From contig CANRNO010000001.1 in assembly GCA_947632065.1 (NCBI GenBank), positions 5,803 through 69,802 on the forward strand: 64,000 nt of DNA, given 5' to 3'. The DNA is from an uncultured Bacilli bacterium. GTDB taxonomy: Bacteria > Bacillota_I > Bacilli_A > RF39 > UBA660. Of the stretch, positions 10,842 through 20,102 are shown piece by piece. Both the position numbers and the translations under genes were made by a program. Every line of letters starts with the position of its first letter. Positions within the stretch are counted from its first letter, which is position 1. A model generated the notes under the pieces. The model did no database searches. It saw only the letters and a program-made list of their open reading frames with translations, and had not been told where the DNA came from.

Positions 10842-10860
10842 AGCACTCAATTTGAGTGCT
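10842..10860 (-). terminator. Minus-strand intrinsic terminator, copy 2
   Basis: Identical palindrome agcactcaatttgagtgct, with an A-run on the plus strand upstream. Confidence 0.45.
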
Positions 10861-11006
10861 AAACCAAACAACAAGGTAAGCCTCAATACTTGAGCCTTCC
10901 ATTTTTATTTTATGTAATCTTCTTCTGTTATATTAATACTATCATAACCATATTTAATTTTCAATCTGTAAATTTTAAAATTAGACTTTTTTTTATTAAT
11001 CTTACA

Positions 11007-11015
11007 TGATATAAT
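11007..11015 (+). promoter_or_regulatory. Extended -10 (TGaTATAAT) for the HerA-like gene
   Basis: tgatataat lies 16 nt upstream of the RBS and the GTG start at 11031. Confidence 0.4.
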
Positions 11016-11030
11016 TAAAAAGAATAGAGG

Positions 11031-12902
11031 GTGTTTCAAGTGCTAGGAAAGATTATAGAAATAGAAGATAATTACGTAACAGTACAACTAAGTATAGATA
11101 TTACAAAGCAACCAAACCTTGCTAATCTTCATGTTGTCTTTGAACATGGAGAAGATAAAATAGTAGGGGAAATTTTAAACGTCGATAAAACAAAAATGTT
11201 AATAGCCGTAGTAGGTGAATTAAAAGGAACTTGGTTTGCATCAGGAATTTCTGCTAAACCATCATTTGCATCCACTGTTAGAATTATCAAAATGGATGAA
11301 TTAGAATTGATATTAGGAAGTCAAAAGTTAGAAACAGGACAAACTTATTTTGGGCTTAGTAATGTTTATAAAAACTATAAAATTAATGTTAGTATAAATG
11401 ATTTCTTTTCAAATCACTTTGCTATACTTGGAAACAGTGGTGCTGGTAAATCATTTACAGTATCAGGAATTTTTCAAAGACTTTTCTCATCTCCAACAGC
11501 ATCCCCAACAAATGCTAATATATTTTTCTTTGATGCTTATGGAGAATATACAAGAGCATTCTCTAATATGACAAATATAAATCCAGCACTTCATTATAAA
11601 GTTTATACAACTAATACAGAAATGGCAACTGATGAAATATTAAAGATACCTGCTTGGTTACTAGATGTAGATGATCTAGCACTTCTTTTAGATGTTACCA
11701 CAGCCAATCAATTACCAATAATTGAAAAAGCCCTAAAACTTGTACCAATAATTGCTAGTAACACAGAAGGTGTAGTAAAATATAAAAATGATATAATCGC
11801 AAGAGCCTTAGAAGATATATTACTTAGTGGAAATGATTCTACTAAAATACGTGACCAAGTTACTGCGGTACTTACAAAATTTAATACTAAAGAATTAAAT
11901 CTAGAAAGTCAAATTGCTCAACCTGGATATGTAAGAAGTCTAAAACAATGTCTTTATATAGATAAAACAGGTAAGATGCAAGAAATGGAACTTGTAGTAA
12001 ACTTCATTAAAAGTTTTATAGATGATTCCCTTGATATAGAATCAATTCCTAAAGGAAATGTTTATTATAATTTAAAACACTTAGAAGAAGCAATGGAATT
12101 TGCTCTAATATCTGAGGGTATATTAAAAAGTGAAAAAGTATATGACTTCGCTAATGTTTTAAGTGTAAGACTTCATTCAATGGTAAAGTCATCTGAGTCA
12201 CAATATTTTGATTATAACCATTATGTAACAAGAGGAGAATACATAAGAGAATTACTTACAGATGTTAAAACAGGTGGTAAATGTCAAATTGTAAACTTCA
12301 ATATCAGTTATATAGATGATAGACTTGCAAAAGCAATAACAAAAATAATTTCTAAATTGTTATTCCAAACAGCAGTAGAAAACCCAAATCGTGGAAGTGT
12401 TCCTTTTCATATTATAATAGAAGAAGCACACCGTTATGTTATGAAAGATACAGATATTGAAATTTTAGGATACAATATATTTGATCGTATTACAAAAGAA
12501 GGACGTAAATATGGAGTATTACTCGGACTTATTACTCAACGTCCTAGTGAACTATCAGATACAGCAATCTCTCAATGTTCAAACTTTGTAATACTAAGAA
12601 TTTTACATCCAAAAGATTTGGACTATATCAAAAACATGGTACCTAATGTAACAAGTGAAATGATTATTCAACTTAAAACATTAAAACCAGGTAATTGTAT
12701 TGCTTTTGGAAGCGCATTTAAAATACCAACTGCGATGTATATGGAAAAACCAGATCCAGAACCACTAAGTAACAACGTCGATGTTAAAAATATCTGGTAT
12801 AAAGCACCAGTTACCGCACCAACTGCCCAAACTGCTCAACCAGCATCTCAAGCAGCAGCTAATTTTGGTATTAACGCACCGCAACAAACTGTACAAAATT
12901 AA
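11031..12902 (+). CDS. HerA/FtsK-superfamily ATPase (DUF87, HAS-barrel plus RecA-like fold) with a low-complexity Ala/Gln/Thr/Pro tail
   Basis: Walker A GNSGAGKS, Walker B IIIEEAHRYV, and LGLITQRPSELSDTAISQCSNFVILR (HerA arginine-finger region); GTG start with an RBS. Confidence 0.7.
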   Translation: MFQVLGKIIEIEDNYVTVQLSIDITKQPNLANLHVVFEHGEDKIVGEILNVDKTKMLIAVVGELKGTWFASGISAKPSFASTVRIIKMDELELILGSQKLETGQTYFGLSNVYKNYKINVSINDFFSNHFAILGNSGAGKSFTVSGIFQRLFSSPTASPTNANIFFFDAYGEYTRAFSNMTNINPALHYKVYTTNTEMATDEILKIPAWLLDVDDLALLLDVTTANQLPIIEKALKLVPIIASNTEGVVKYKNDIIARALEDILLSGNDSTKIRDQVTAVLTKFNTKELNLESQIAQPGYVRSLKQCLYIDKTGKMQEMELVVNFIKSFIDDSLDIESIPKGNVYYNLKHLEEAMEFALISEGILKSEKVYDFANVLSVRLHSMVKSSESQYFDYNHYVTRGEYIRELLTDVKTGGKCQIVNFNISYIDDRLAKAITKIISKLLFQTAVENPNRGSVPFHIIIEEAHRYVMKDTDIEILGYNIFDRITKEGRKYGVLLGLITQRPSELSDTAISQCSNFVILRILHPKDLDYIKNMVPNVTSEMIIQLKTLKPGNCIAFGSAFKIPTAMYMEKPDPEPLSNNVDVKNIWYKAPVTAPTAQTAQPASQAAANFGINAPQQTVQN

Positions 12903-12976
12903 AAGAAGTACTTGTTGCTAAAAAGAATTTGTGCTAAAATGTAATGTAGTGATAATAAAAATGGAGGAATTAAGAT

Positions 12977-13411
12977 ATGGCATTTGATAAATTTAAAGGA
13001 ATATTAGGTGGAAATGAAGACGAAGAAATGGATGTGGCAGGAACAGATGATGAGTTCTATTCAACTTCTCGTGAAGAATTCCACGAAAACAACGGTATGG
13101 CTGAAAGTAAAATGATGTTACTAGAGCCACGAGCTTATTCTGAAAGTCAACAAATCGCAGATTATTTAAAAAATAGAAGTGCAGTAGTAGTAAATCTAAA
13201 AAGAGTAACTCCAGATCAAGGAAAAAGAATAGTAGATTTCCTAAGTGGAACACTATATGCAATTGGAGGAGATTTACAAAAGTTAGGTGGAGGAATATTT
13301 CTATGTACACCAAACAATGTAGATGTTGAGGGGAAAATTAGTGATGATGCTACTACAAAACCTGCAAAAAGTAAAAAGACTAAAGATGACGATGATGAAT
13401 TCGATTGGTAG
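12977..13411 (+). CDS. sepF: Cell division protein SepF
   Basis: C-terminal SepF domain: [43 protein letters not shown]. Confidence 0.8.
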   Translation: MAFDKFKGILGGNEDEEMDVAGTDDEFYSTSREEFHENNGMAESKMMLLEPRAYSESQQIADYLKNRSAVVVNLKRVTPDQGKRIVDFLSGTLYAIGGDLQKLGGGIFLCTPNNVDVEGKISDDATTKPAKSKKTKDDDDEFDW

Positions 13412-13452
13412 AAGTATTATAAAAATTTAAACTCATATCTCGAGGTGATATT

Positions 13453-13887
13453 ATGGAGAAGTTTGGTTATGAAACTAATGGCTATAATAAAGAACAAGTT
13501 AATCAGTTTGTAAATGATGTGATAACACAAACAGAAAATATTGTAAAAAAATGTAAAGACCAACAAAAACAAATAGAAAAATTAAAAAATCAACTTAGTC
13601 ATTATCAAACAGTAGAAACAGAACTTAAAAAAACTGTTATACAAGCTGAAAAAGCTAGTGAAAAAATGAAAGAAATGGCTAAAGAAGAAGCAATCATGAT
13701 TATAAATGATGCTAAAAATAACGCTTCGAGAATAGTAAATGAAGCTTTATTAAAAGCTGATAAAATAGAAACTAAAAGAGATGTATTAGAAAAGAATCTA
13801 CAAATATTCAAAAGAAAATTAAAACTAGTTGTGGAACAGCAGATGGCTGTTGTTGAAGAAATAGATACTTTAGAAATTATAGAGTAA
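13453..13887 (+). CDS. DivIVA-domain coiled-coil protein (DivIVA/GpsB family)
   Basis: N-terminal GYxxxQVNxFVNDV DivIVA motif followed by a long coiled coil. Confidence 0.75.
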   Translation: MEKFGYETNGYNKEQVNQFVNDVITQTENIVKKCKDQQKQIEKLKNQLSHYQTVETELKKTVIQAEKASEKMKEMAKEEAIMIINDAKNNASRIVNEALLKADKIETKRDVLEKNLQIFKRKLKLVVEQQMAVVEEIDTLEIIE

Positions 13888-13975
13888 TCTATTTTTTTCA
13901 ATATAAAATAAAATCTTACTTTTAATGTTTAATAATTTTTGTTATAATTAAAGAGTAAAAAAGGGGAATAGAAAA

Positions 13976-14875
13976 ATGAAGATACTTTGTTTAGGTCATG
14001 CGACATATGATACTACATTACCAATAGAAAACTACCCGATAGAAAATCAAAAATATAGAACAGAAGATAAAATAGAATGTGGAGGAGGACCAGCATCCAA
14101 TGCTGCTTATCTACTTTCAAAATGGGGACTTGATGTTTCCTTTGCAGGAGCAGTTGGTAATGATATATATGGACAAAAAATAATTGATGAGTTTAAGAAA
14201 ATAGGTGTAAATACAAAATATATAGAAAAAATAGGAGAAAAAACATCAAGTGGATATATAATAGCTAATTTACAAAATGGTTCTAGAACAATTATAACTG
14301 CCGCAACTCCTAAAATAGCAAAACTATCAACAACAATAGAAGAAAAATATGATTTTATATTATTAGATGGTGAACATTTAGAAAGTGCTAAAGAAGTATT
14401 AGAAAATAATCCACAAGCCAAAAGTATACTAGATGCTGGAACATTAAAAGAAGCAACAAAAGTACTTGGAAGTAAAGTAGACTATCTTGCATGTTCAAAA
14501 GTATTCGCAGAAGATTTTATCCAAGAAACATTTAAAGAAGATAAAAGTAATTGGATAAAAATATTTAAAAAATTAGAAGAATATTTTAAAACAAATATAA
14601 TTATCACTTTAGAAGATAAAGGTTCTATGATAAAATATAATAATGAGTATTTAATTGTTTCAAGTATAAAAGTAAAGGCATTAGATTCAACAGGAGCAGG
14701 AGATATATTCCATGGGGCCCTTGCTTACTTTTTAATAAATAATTATACTCTAGATAAAGCAGTAACACTGGCTAATATCACAGGAGCCTTATCAGTTGAA
14801 AAAATAGGATCAAGATATGCAATGCCAGAATTAGAAGAAGTAATAAAAATAGGAAGGGAACATGGTGTTTTATAA
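13976..14875 (+). CDS. PfkB-family carbohydrate/nucleoside kinase (ribokinase-like)
   Basis: GGGPASNAA N-terminal motif and GAGDIFHGALAYFL PfkB signature 2. Confidence 0.8.
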   Translation: MKILCLGHATYDTTLPIENYPIENQKYRTEDKIECGGGPASNAAYLLSKWGLDVSFAGAVGNDIYGQKIIDEFKKIGVNTKYIEKIGEKTSSGYIIANLQNGSRTIITAATPKIAKLSTTIEEKYDFILLDGEHLESAKEVLENNPQAKSILDAGTLKEATKVLGSKVDYLACSKVFAEDFIQETFKEDKSNWIKIFKKLEEYFKTNIIITLEDKGSMIKYNNEYLIVSSIKVKALDSTGAGDIFHGALAYFLINNYTLDKAVTLANITGALSVEKIGSRYAMPELEEVIKIGREHGVL

Positions 14876-15122
14876 TAATTTAGATAGTATAGACTTACAT
14901 GGAGAGACAAGAGAAAGTGCTAAAATATTAGTAAATGATTTTATCGATGATGAATTAAAACAAAAAAAATATGAATTTGTAATAGTTCATGGTATCGGTA
15001 AAGGAATAGTTAGAAAAAGTGTTCATGAGACACTAAAAAAGAATAAAAAAGTAAAAGAATATAAATTAGATAATTTTAATATTGGTTGTACTATAGTACA
15101 GTTAAAAGAAGGTGAAAGATAG
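14862..15122 (+). CDS. Smr-domain protein
   Basis: IDLHGETRESA...VIVHGIGKG matches the Smr (MutS2 C-terminal-like) fold; overlaps the previous gene by 14 nt. Confidence 0.6.
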   Translation: MVFYNNLDSIDLHGETRESAKILVNDFIDDELKQKKYEFVIVHGIGKGIVRKSVHETLKKNKKVKEYKLDNFNIGCTIVQLKEGER

Positions 15123-16486
15123 TGTATACTGAAGAGTATGAAGATAATAGTAGTTCTATAAAAAAGGTTTTAATAAAAATAGTCATAGTTTTAATTATTT
15201 TAATAGTCTCATTTGTTTTAAAAAAAGTTATGCTTACAGATAAGTATATTAATAAAGAAAACATAAATACAAATCCTTATACTAATGCAACATACAAAGA
15301 TAATATAGAACATATTAATAATGTTATGTTAGGTTATTTTGATGAGGATAAAATCAAAGAAGTAAAAGATAAACCATATAAAGTTACAATAAAAGAATTA
15401 ATAGATGAGGGTGTTTTAGTATCCATTGTTGATGCTAATGATAAAATATGTAGTGCAAAAAAATCATATGTAGAAATAACTCCAATAGAAAATAAAGAAA
15501 ATGAATACATTTTAAAAACTAATTTAAAATGTAGTAAAGAAGATAATTATGTATTAAAACATCTAGGACATTATAACTATTGTAGTGATTTTCTATGTGA
15601 AAAAGAACGTGTTACTATTTCAAAAAAAGCAACTTCACCATCTAAAGTAATAAAATTTGGAAATGAAGATAAAATAAATAAAGATATTGATGTAGATCCA
15701 AAAGAAGAAACACCATATATACCACAAGAAGATCAAACAAAACAATTTGAATATGCTAAAACAACTGCTGCAACACTAGGTACATGGTCAAAATGGTCTG
15801 GATGGACTAAGACTTCATGTACTACACCAAAAGAAAATTGTGATGATAGAAATCCTTTATGTCGTAGAAAAATAGTTATACACGAAAGAGATGAACAAAT
15901 AAAAAGTTATTCAAATAAATACCAAGCACCAAGAAAAGAATTAAAACAAGCAACAACATCAGAAATAAAAGGATGTAATAATTACAACTACATAGTAATA
16001 GATAATGTTATATATGCAACAAATGCAGTATATACAATGCTAAATAGTGTTAGTTCTGCAACTAAATCAACTCAAGGAAATTGGGAATATAGAGGAGAAC
16101 AATCTTTTGATACACCACAATCTGACTCAGTTTATAAAGTATATAAATTTGTAAAAATAGACTTTTCTGCATGTGAAGAAACTTGTGAAGGTAAACCTTT
16201 AAAATACGTATATGATGTATATGAATTTACTGGTACTTTAGAAAATGCTAGTGCTAATCCAACTTATCTTTGTAAAGGATCAGTATCTAAAACAGTAGCA
16301 CTCTATAAAACAACAGATGTAGTAGATACAAGTTCTAGAAAAGAGCCTGTCTATGGAAAAGTATGTTACTATAATATGAAAACTAGAAATGTAAAAACAA
16401 AAGGAAATACAAAAAAAGAATATAGTAATTTTAACAATCAAGAACTATTAGCTAATAACTATTACTATACAGGTAAAGTTAAATAA
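15122..16486 (+). CDS. Membrane-anchored Cys-rich extracellular protein of unknown function
   Basis: N-terminal TM (KIVIVLIILIVSFVL) and about 20 Cys spread over a 400-aa ectodomain; no recognised domain. Confidence 0.45.
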   Translation: MYTEEYEDNSSSIKKVLIKIVIVLIILIVSFVLKKVMLTDKYINKENINTNPYTNATYKDNIEHINNVMLGYFDEDKIKEVKDKPYKVTIKELIDEGVLVSIVDANDKICSAKKSYVEITPIENKENEYILKTNLKCSKEDNYVLKHLGHYNYCSDFLCEKERVTISKKATSPSKVIKFGNEDKINKDIDVDPKEETPYIPQEDQTKQFEYAKTTAATLGTWSKWSGWTKTSCTTPKENCDDRNPLCRRKIVIHERDEQIKSYSNKYQAPRKELKQATTSEIKGCNNYNYIVIDNVIYATNAVYTMLNSVSSATKSTQGNWEYRGEQSFDTPQSDSVYKVYKFVKIDFSACEETCEGKPLKYVYDVYEFTGTLENASANPTYLCKGSVSKTVALYKTTDVVDTSSRKEPVYGKVCYYNMKTRNVKTKGNTKKEYSNFNNQELLANNYYYTGKVK

Positions 16487-16509
16487 AACGCATAAAATAA
16501 ATAAAAAAG

Positions 16510-16538
16510 TTGACAAAAACTCCCTAATATGGTATAAT
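16510..16538 (+). promoter_or_regulatory. Consensus sigma-A promoter TTGACA-17-TGgTATAAT
   Basis: ttgaca (16510-16515), a 17-nt spacer, tataat (16533-16538) with an upstream TG; serves the 16590 gene. Confidence 0.6.
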
Positions 16539-16589
16539 ATGTACTGTTTAAAGGATATAGTAAATATTCTTGTAAGGGGGTTTTTATTT

Positions 16590-17009
16590 ATGGATAAATC
16601 ATACATATTTGAATATCTAGATGAAAATGATTTTCGTAAAAAAGAAAGATCTGTAAGAAAATATAATATGTTAGCTTATAAAAAATTAACTTTTAATTAT
16701 TATCCTGAATTACGTAAAGGTAATTTCTTAGGAGAAGAGAAAAGTAGAAACGATAAGGATAAAACTATATCATATGTATTAAAATTACCTACAGATGAAT
16801 TATTTGCGAAAGTTCATGGAGTAATATGTGTTCATTATACAGTTTATACTGAAAAAGGAATCATATTACTTACAAACATTACACCAGAAGAAATATTATC
16901 CGAAGGACATAGAGCAGAATTATCAACTTATAAAGGTGTAATGATTTCTAAAAGTAATCCAGAAAAAGATATGTTTAAAATTAATTTATTAAATATGTTA
17001 AATAAATAG
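16590..17009 (+). CDS. Hypothetical 139-aa protein
   Basis: AAGGGGG RBS then the ATG at 16590; the ORF-track start at 16539 lies inside the -10 region and is therefore rejected. No confident homology. Confidence 0.45.
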   Translation: MDKSYIFEYLDENDFRKKERSVRKYNMLAYKKLTFNYYPELRKGNFLGEEKSRNDKDKTISYVLKLPTDELFAKVHGVICVHYTVYTEKGIILLTNITPEEILSEGHRAELSTYKGVMISKSNPEKDMFKINLLNMLNK

Positions 17010-17028
17010 AACTTAGATTAACTAAGTT

Positions 17029-18789
17029 CTATTTTATTTTACCTTCATACATATCTTTAAATATACCAGGAATAGTTTTTAATTCATCATAATTTCCTGA
17101 TTGAACAATTTTACCTTTATCAAATACTAATATAGAATTACAATTTTCAAGAGTAGTTAATCTATGAGCAATAGATATAACAGTAGTCTTGTTTTTCTTT
17201 TGCATTTTTTCAATTTGTTTTTGAATATATTTTTCAGATGTATTATCTAAAGCAGAAGTAGCCTCATCTAATATTAATATTTTTGGTTTTCTAAGAAATA
17301 CCCTTGCTATCGCAATACGTTGTCTTTGTCCTCCAGATAAATTATTACCACCTTCACTAAGAATAGTATCATATCCATTTGGAAGAGATTCAATAAAATC
17401 ATCTATATATGCACAAGAAGCAGCTTCTTTTATTTCTTCATCACTAACATCACTTTTTATTCCATAACAAATATTTTCTCTAATAGATCCAGCAATTAAA
17501 AATGGATTTTGAGGAACTAAAGCTATTATATCAGATATATTTTTTCTATTTAAACTAGATAAATTTCTATTATCAATAATAATATTACCATCATTATTTT
17601 TTTCTAATTTTACAAGAAGTTTTATAAAAGAAGATTTACCACAACCAGAAGGACCAGCAATACCAATAAATTCTCCTTCATTAATATTTAAACTTAAATT
17701 ATCAATAACTAACTTATCACCTTTTGAATAAGAAAAAGAAACATTGTCTACTTGTATTAAAGATTTAATTTTTTTACTAATCTTTTTACCTCTAGTATTT
17801 TTATATGAAAAATCTTTATCTAAATCAACAATCTTAAAATATTCATGAGCAAGAATAGTAGATTCTGATAACTCATCAAAAATTCTATGAAGTTCACGAA
17901 GTGGAGTAGTAAGTTGAGTAAAACATAAATAAGCAGTAAGTACAGTACCAACACTAATTACACCTTCACCTGCAAGATATGCAGATATTCCAATAACAAT
18001 AACAGTAAAGAAAGCCTCATTAATAAACTTTAAACAATCATAAAATGCCATAGCCTTATGATGTTTCATTTCCTTATTTCTTAAATATTCAGACTTATCT
18101 TTAAATCTTAAAACTTCATTTAAAGCATTATCAGTAACTCTAATAACTTCAATACCATTAATAAGTTCTACAACAACACCATCCATAGAAGATTTCTCTT
18201 CCATTAACTCAACACGTATACCTTTTTGAGTAGATATTTGTCTAAATACAATCAATACACCAATAGGAATAACAAGTAACATAAAAATAGAAAGTAGTAG
18301 GGGTAGTTTACTAAAAATAACTACTATAGCAGCAATCCCACTAAATATTGCTGGAGCAAAATCCATAAATAAAAGTTTTAAAAGTCTAATAGTACCCTCT
18401 AAACTACGATTAAGTCTACCATGAATATTACCAGACATATTTTCTTTAAAGAAGTTAAGAGGAGCATGAAGTAAAGAATTAATCGCATTCACTCTAGCAT
18501 CCTTCTCACATCTAGTACAAGTATCTTCAACAATAACTCTACGTATAACTTTTATTATTTCATTAGAAACAGTAATAATTAATATAAATACTAAAAATGG
18601 AATAATACTAACAAATGATAAATTATCTTGTTTTAAAACATCATCAGTAAGTCTTCCAATTGATAAAGGAAGTAATTGACTTAATACCGCAGATATAATC
18701 ATTATTAAAACAATAATTAAAAAATTAACTTTTTGTCTAGTATTAAGCATACCATAAATTCTTTTTATTAAATTATCTTTTTTACTCAT
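17029..18789 (-). CDS. ABC exporter, fused permease/ATPase (multidrug/lipid export type)
   Basis: Six-TM N-terminal half, then Walker A GPSGCGKSS, signature LSGGQRQR and Walker B ILILDEATSALD; start trimmed to MSKKD, which has a GAGGAG RBS. Confidence 0.85.
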   Translation of the reverse strand: MSKKDNLIKRIYGMLNTRQKVNFLIIVLIMIISAVLSQLLPLSIGRLTDDVLKQDNLSFVSIIPFLVFILIITVSNEIIKVIRRVIVEDTCTRCEKDARVNAINSLLHAPLNFFKENMSGNIHGRLNRSLEGTIRLLKLLFMDFAPAIFSGIAAIVVIFSKLPLLLSIFMLLVIPIGVLIVFRQISTQKGIRVELMEEKSSMDGVVVELINGIEVIRVTDNALNEVLRFKDKSEYLRNKEMKHHKAMAFYDCLKFINEAFFTVIVIGISAYLAGEGVISVGTVLTAYLCFTQLTTPLRELHRIFDELSESTILAHEYFKIVDLDKDFSYKNTRGKKISKKIKSLIQVDNVSFSYSKGDKLVIDNLSLNINEGEFIGIAGPSGCGKSSFIKLLVKLEKNNDGNIIIDNRNLSSLNRKNISDIIALVPQNPFLIAGSIRENICYGIKSDVSDEEIKEAASCAYIDDFIESLPNGYDTILSEGGNNLSGGQRQRIAIARVFLRKPKILILDEATSALDNTSEKYIQKQIEKMQKKNKTTVISIAHRLTTLENCNSILVFDKGKIVQSGNYDELKTIPGIFKDMYEGKIK

Positions 18790-19001
18790 AATAATACTCC
18801 TCAAATTAAAATAATATACCATAACTTAATATATCAGTATATTATTTATTATACAATATAAATTCAATTATTTACATTTAGATTTTGTAAAACATTTTTA
18901 TGATTATTATTTTTTATTGTTTTTTTATTTTACGACAATTTTACACTTTGATATTTAGTAAAATAGTTATTATCTGATATAATATAATTGGGAGTGATAA
19001 T

Positions 19002-19730
19002 ATGGAACTTATATTTTTAGGTAGAGGAGCTGCGTTTAATCCTAAAGAAGGCAATAATAGTGCTTATTTTATTGAAGATGAAAGATTGTTTTTAATTGAT
19101 TGTGGTGAAAGCGTTTTTGAAAGAATTATAGAAAACAATTTACTTGATGAAGTAAAAGAAATTAATTTAATGATTACTCATACTCATTCGGATCATATAG
19201 GAAGTCTTGGAAGCTTAATTATGTATTGTTATCTTGTTAAAAAGATTCCTGTATATATTATAATGAAAGAAAATGCTTTACATAAGAAAAATATTGATTT
19301 ATATCTTACTTCTTGTGGTTGTGATAGTAATGCTTATAAATATGTTAATGAAGAAAATTATGATAATAAATTTAAATCTTTTTCTTCTATTAGATATATA
19401 GAAACTCATCATGCTAAAAACTTACATTGTTATAGTTTGGTATTTGAGACTAGTCGTGGTATTGTTTATTATTCATCTGATAGTGATGATATTACCTATA
19501 TTAGGGATTTATTATCTGGTGATAAAGATATTGATAAGTTATATGTTGATACTAATTCTTTAGATACTGATAATGGACATTTATATATAGGAGTTTTAGA
19601 TCGAGAAGTTCCATATGAATATAAAAATAAAATATATTGTATGCATATTAATAATGATGAATGTATTGAGATGGCTAAGGGATTAGGTTTTAATGTTGTT
19701 GAAGTATTAAAAAGGGAAAAACATGATTAG
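19002..19730 (+). CDS. MBL-fold metallo-hydrolase
   Basis: THTHSDHIGSL (the HxHxDH motif); T-rich codon usage unlike the flanking genes. Confidence 0.65.
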   Translation: MELIFLGRGAAFNPKEGNNSAYFIEDERLFLIDCGESVFERIIENNLLDEVKEINLMITHTHSDHIGSLGSLIMYCYLVKKIPVYIIMKENALHKKNIDLYLTSCGCDSNAYKYVNEENYDNKFKSFSSIRYIETHHAKNLHCYSLVFETSRGIVYYSSDSDDITYIRDLLSGDKDIDKLYVDTNSLDTDNGHLYIGVLDREVPYEYKNKIYCMHINNDECIEMAKGLGFNVVEVLKREKHD

Positions 19731-19783
19731 TTTTTCTTTTTTTACTAAATAAAAAAAGACTTAAAAAAGCCTTTTATTTCATA

Positions 19784-19868
19784 TGGTGCGAGTAACAGGA
19801 GTTGAACCTGCAAGGGTTACCCCGCTAGATCCTAAGTCTAGTGCGTCTGCCAATTCCGCCATACTCGC
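19784..19868 (-). tRNA. tRNA-Leu (anticodon TAG), long variable arm
   Basis: The reverse complement reads GCGAGTATGGCGGAATTGGCAGACGC...CTTAGGA...GGTTCAACTCC...CGCACCA; the cloverleaf is foldable by eye and CCA is encoded. Confidence 0.85.
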
Positions 19869-19873
19869 ATATG

Positions 19874-19950
19874 TGGTGGACCCTGATGGACTCGAACCAT
19901 CGACCACTCGGTTATGAGCCGAGAGCTCTAACCAACTGAGCTAAGGGTCC
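19874..19950 (-). tRNA. tRNA with CAT anticodon: Met, or more likely the lysidine-modified Ile2
   Basis: Reverse complement GGACCCTTAGCTCAGTTGGTTAGAGC...CTCATAA...GGTTCGAGTCC...GGTCCACCA; it closely resembles the Bacillus tRNA-Ile(CAU) scaffold. Confidence 0.85.
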
Positions 19951-20102
19951 GTTGCTATTTAATAATAACATATTTAATAAAACTATGCAAGAAAAAACTC
20001 AAAAATTATAATAATTATAACGCTTTTAAGACTTTGCTTAATTGAATTTTTTCGTTTTATATGATATCATATACACTAAATTAAATCAAGGAGAGATATA
20101 TA

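Larger units (their letters stand above)
10352..10975 (+). repeat. Tandem duplication (~317-bp period, ~85% identity) of a small-peptide cassette: promoter, ~70-nt leader, 22-aa ORF, 19-nt palindrome, ~110-bp conserved tail
   Basis: Two copies align over the leader (ga.ggctcaa..agcgtttgcc), the ORF, agcactcaatttgagtgct, ggtaagcctcaatacttg.gccttcc and ttttcaatct.taaatttta. Confidence 0.8.

Noticed and set aside
16539-16589. ORF-track start at 16539 for the gene after the Cys-rich protein
   Set aside because: That ATG overlaps the -10 hexamer of the consensus promoter, so it would not be in the transcript. The in-frame ATG at 16590 has an AAGGGGG RBS.
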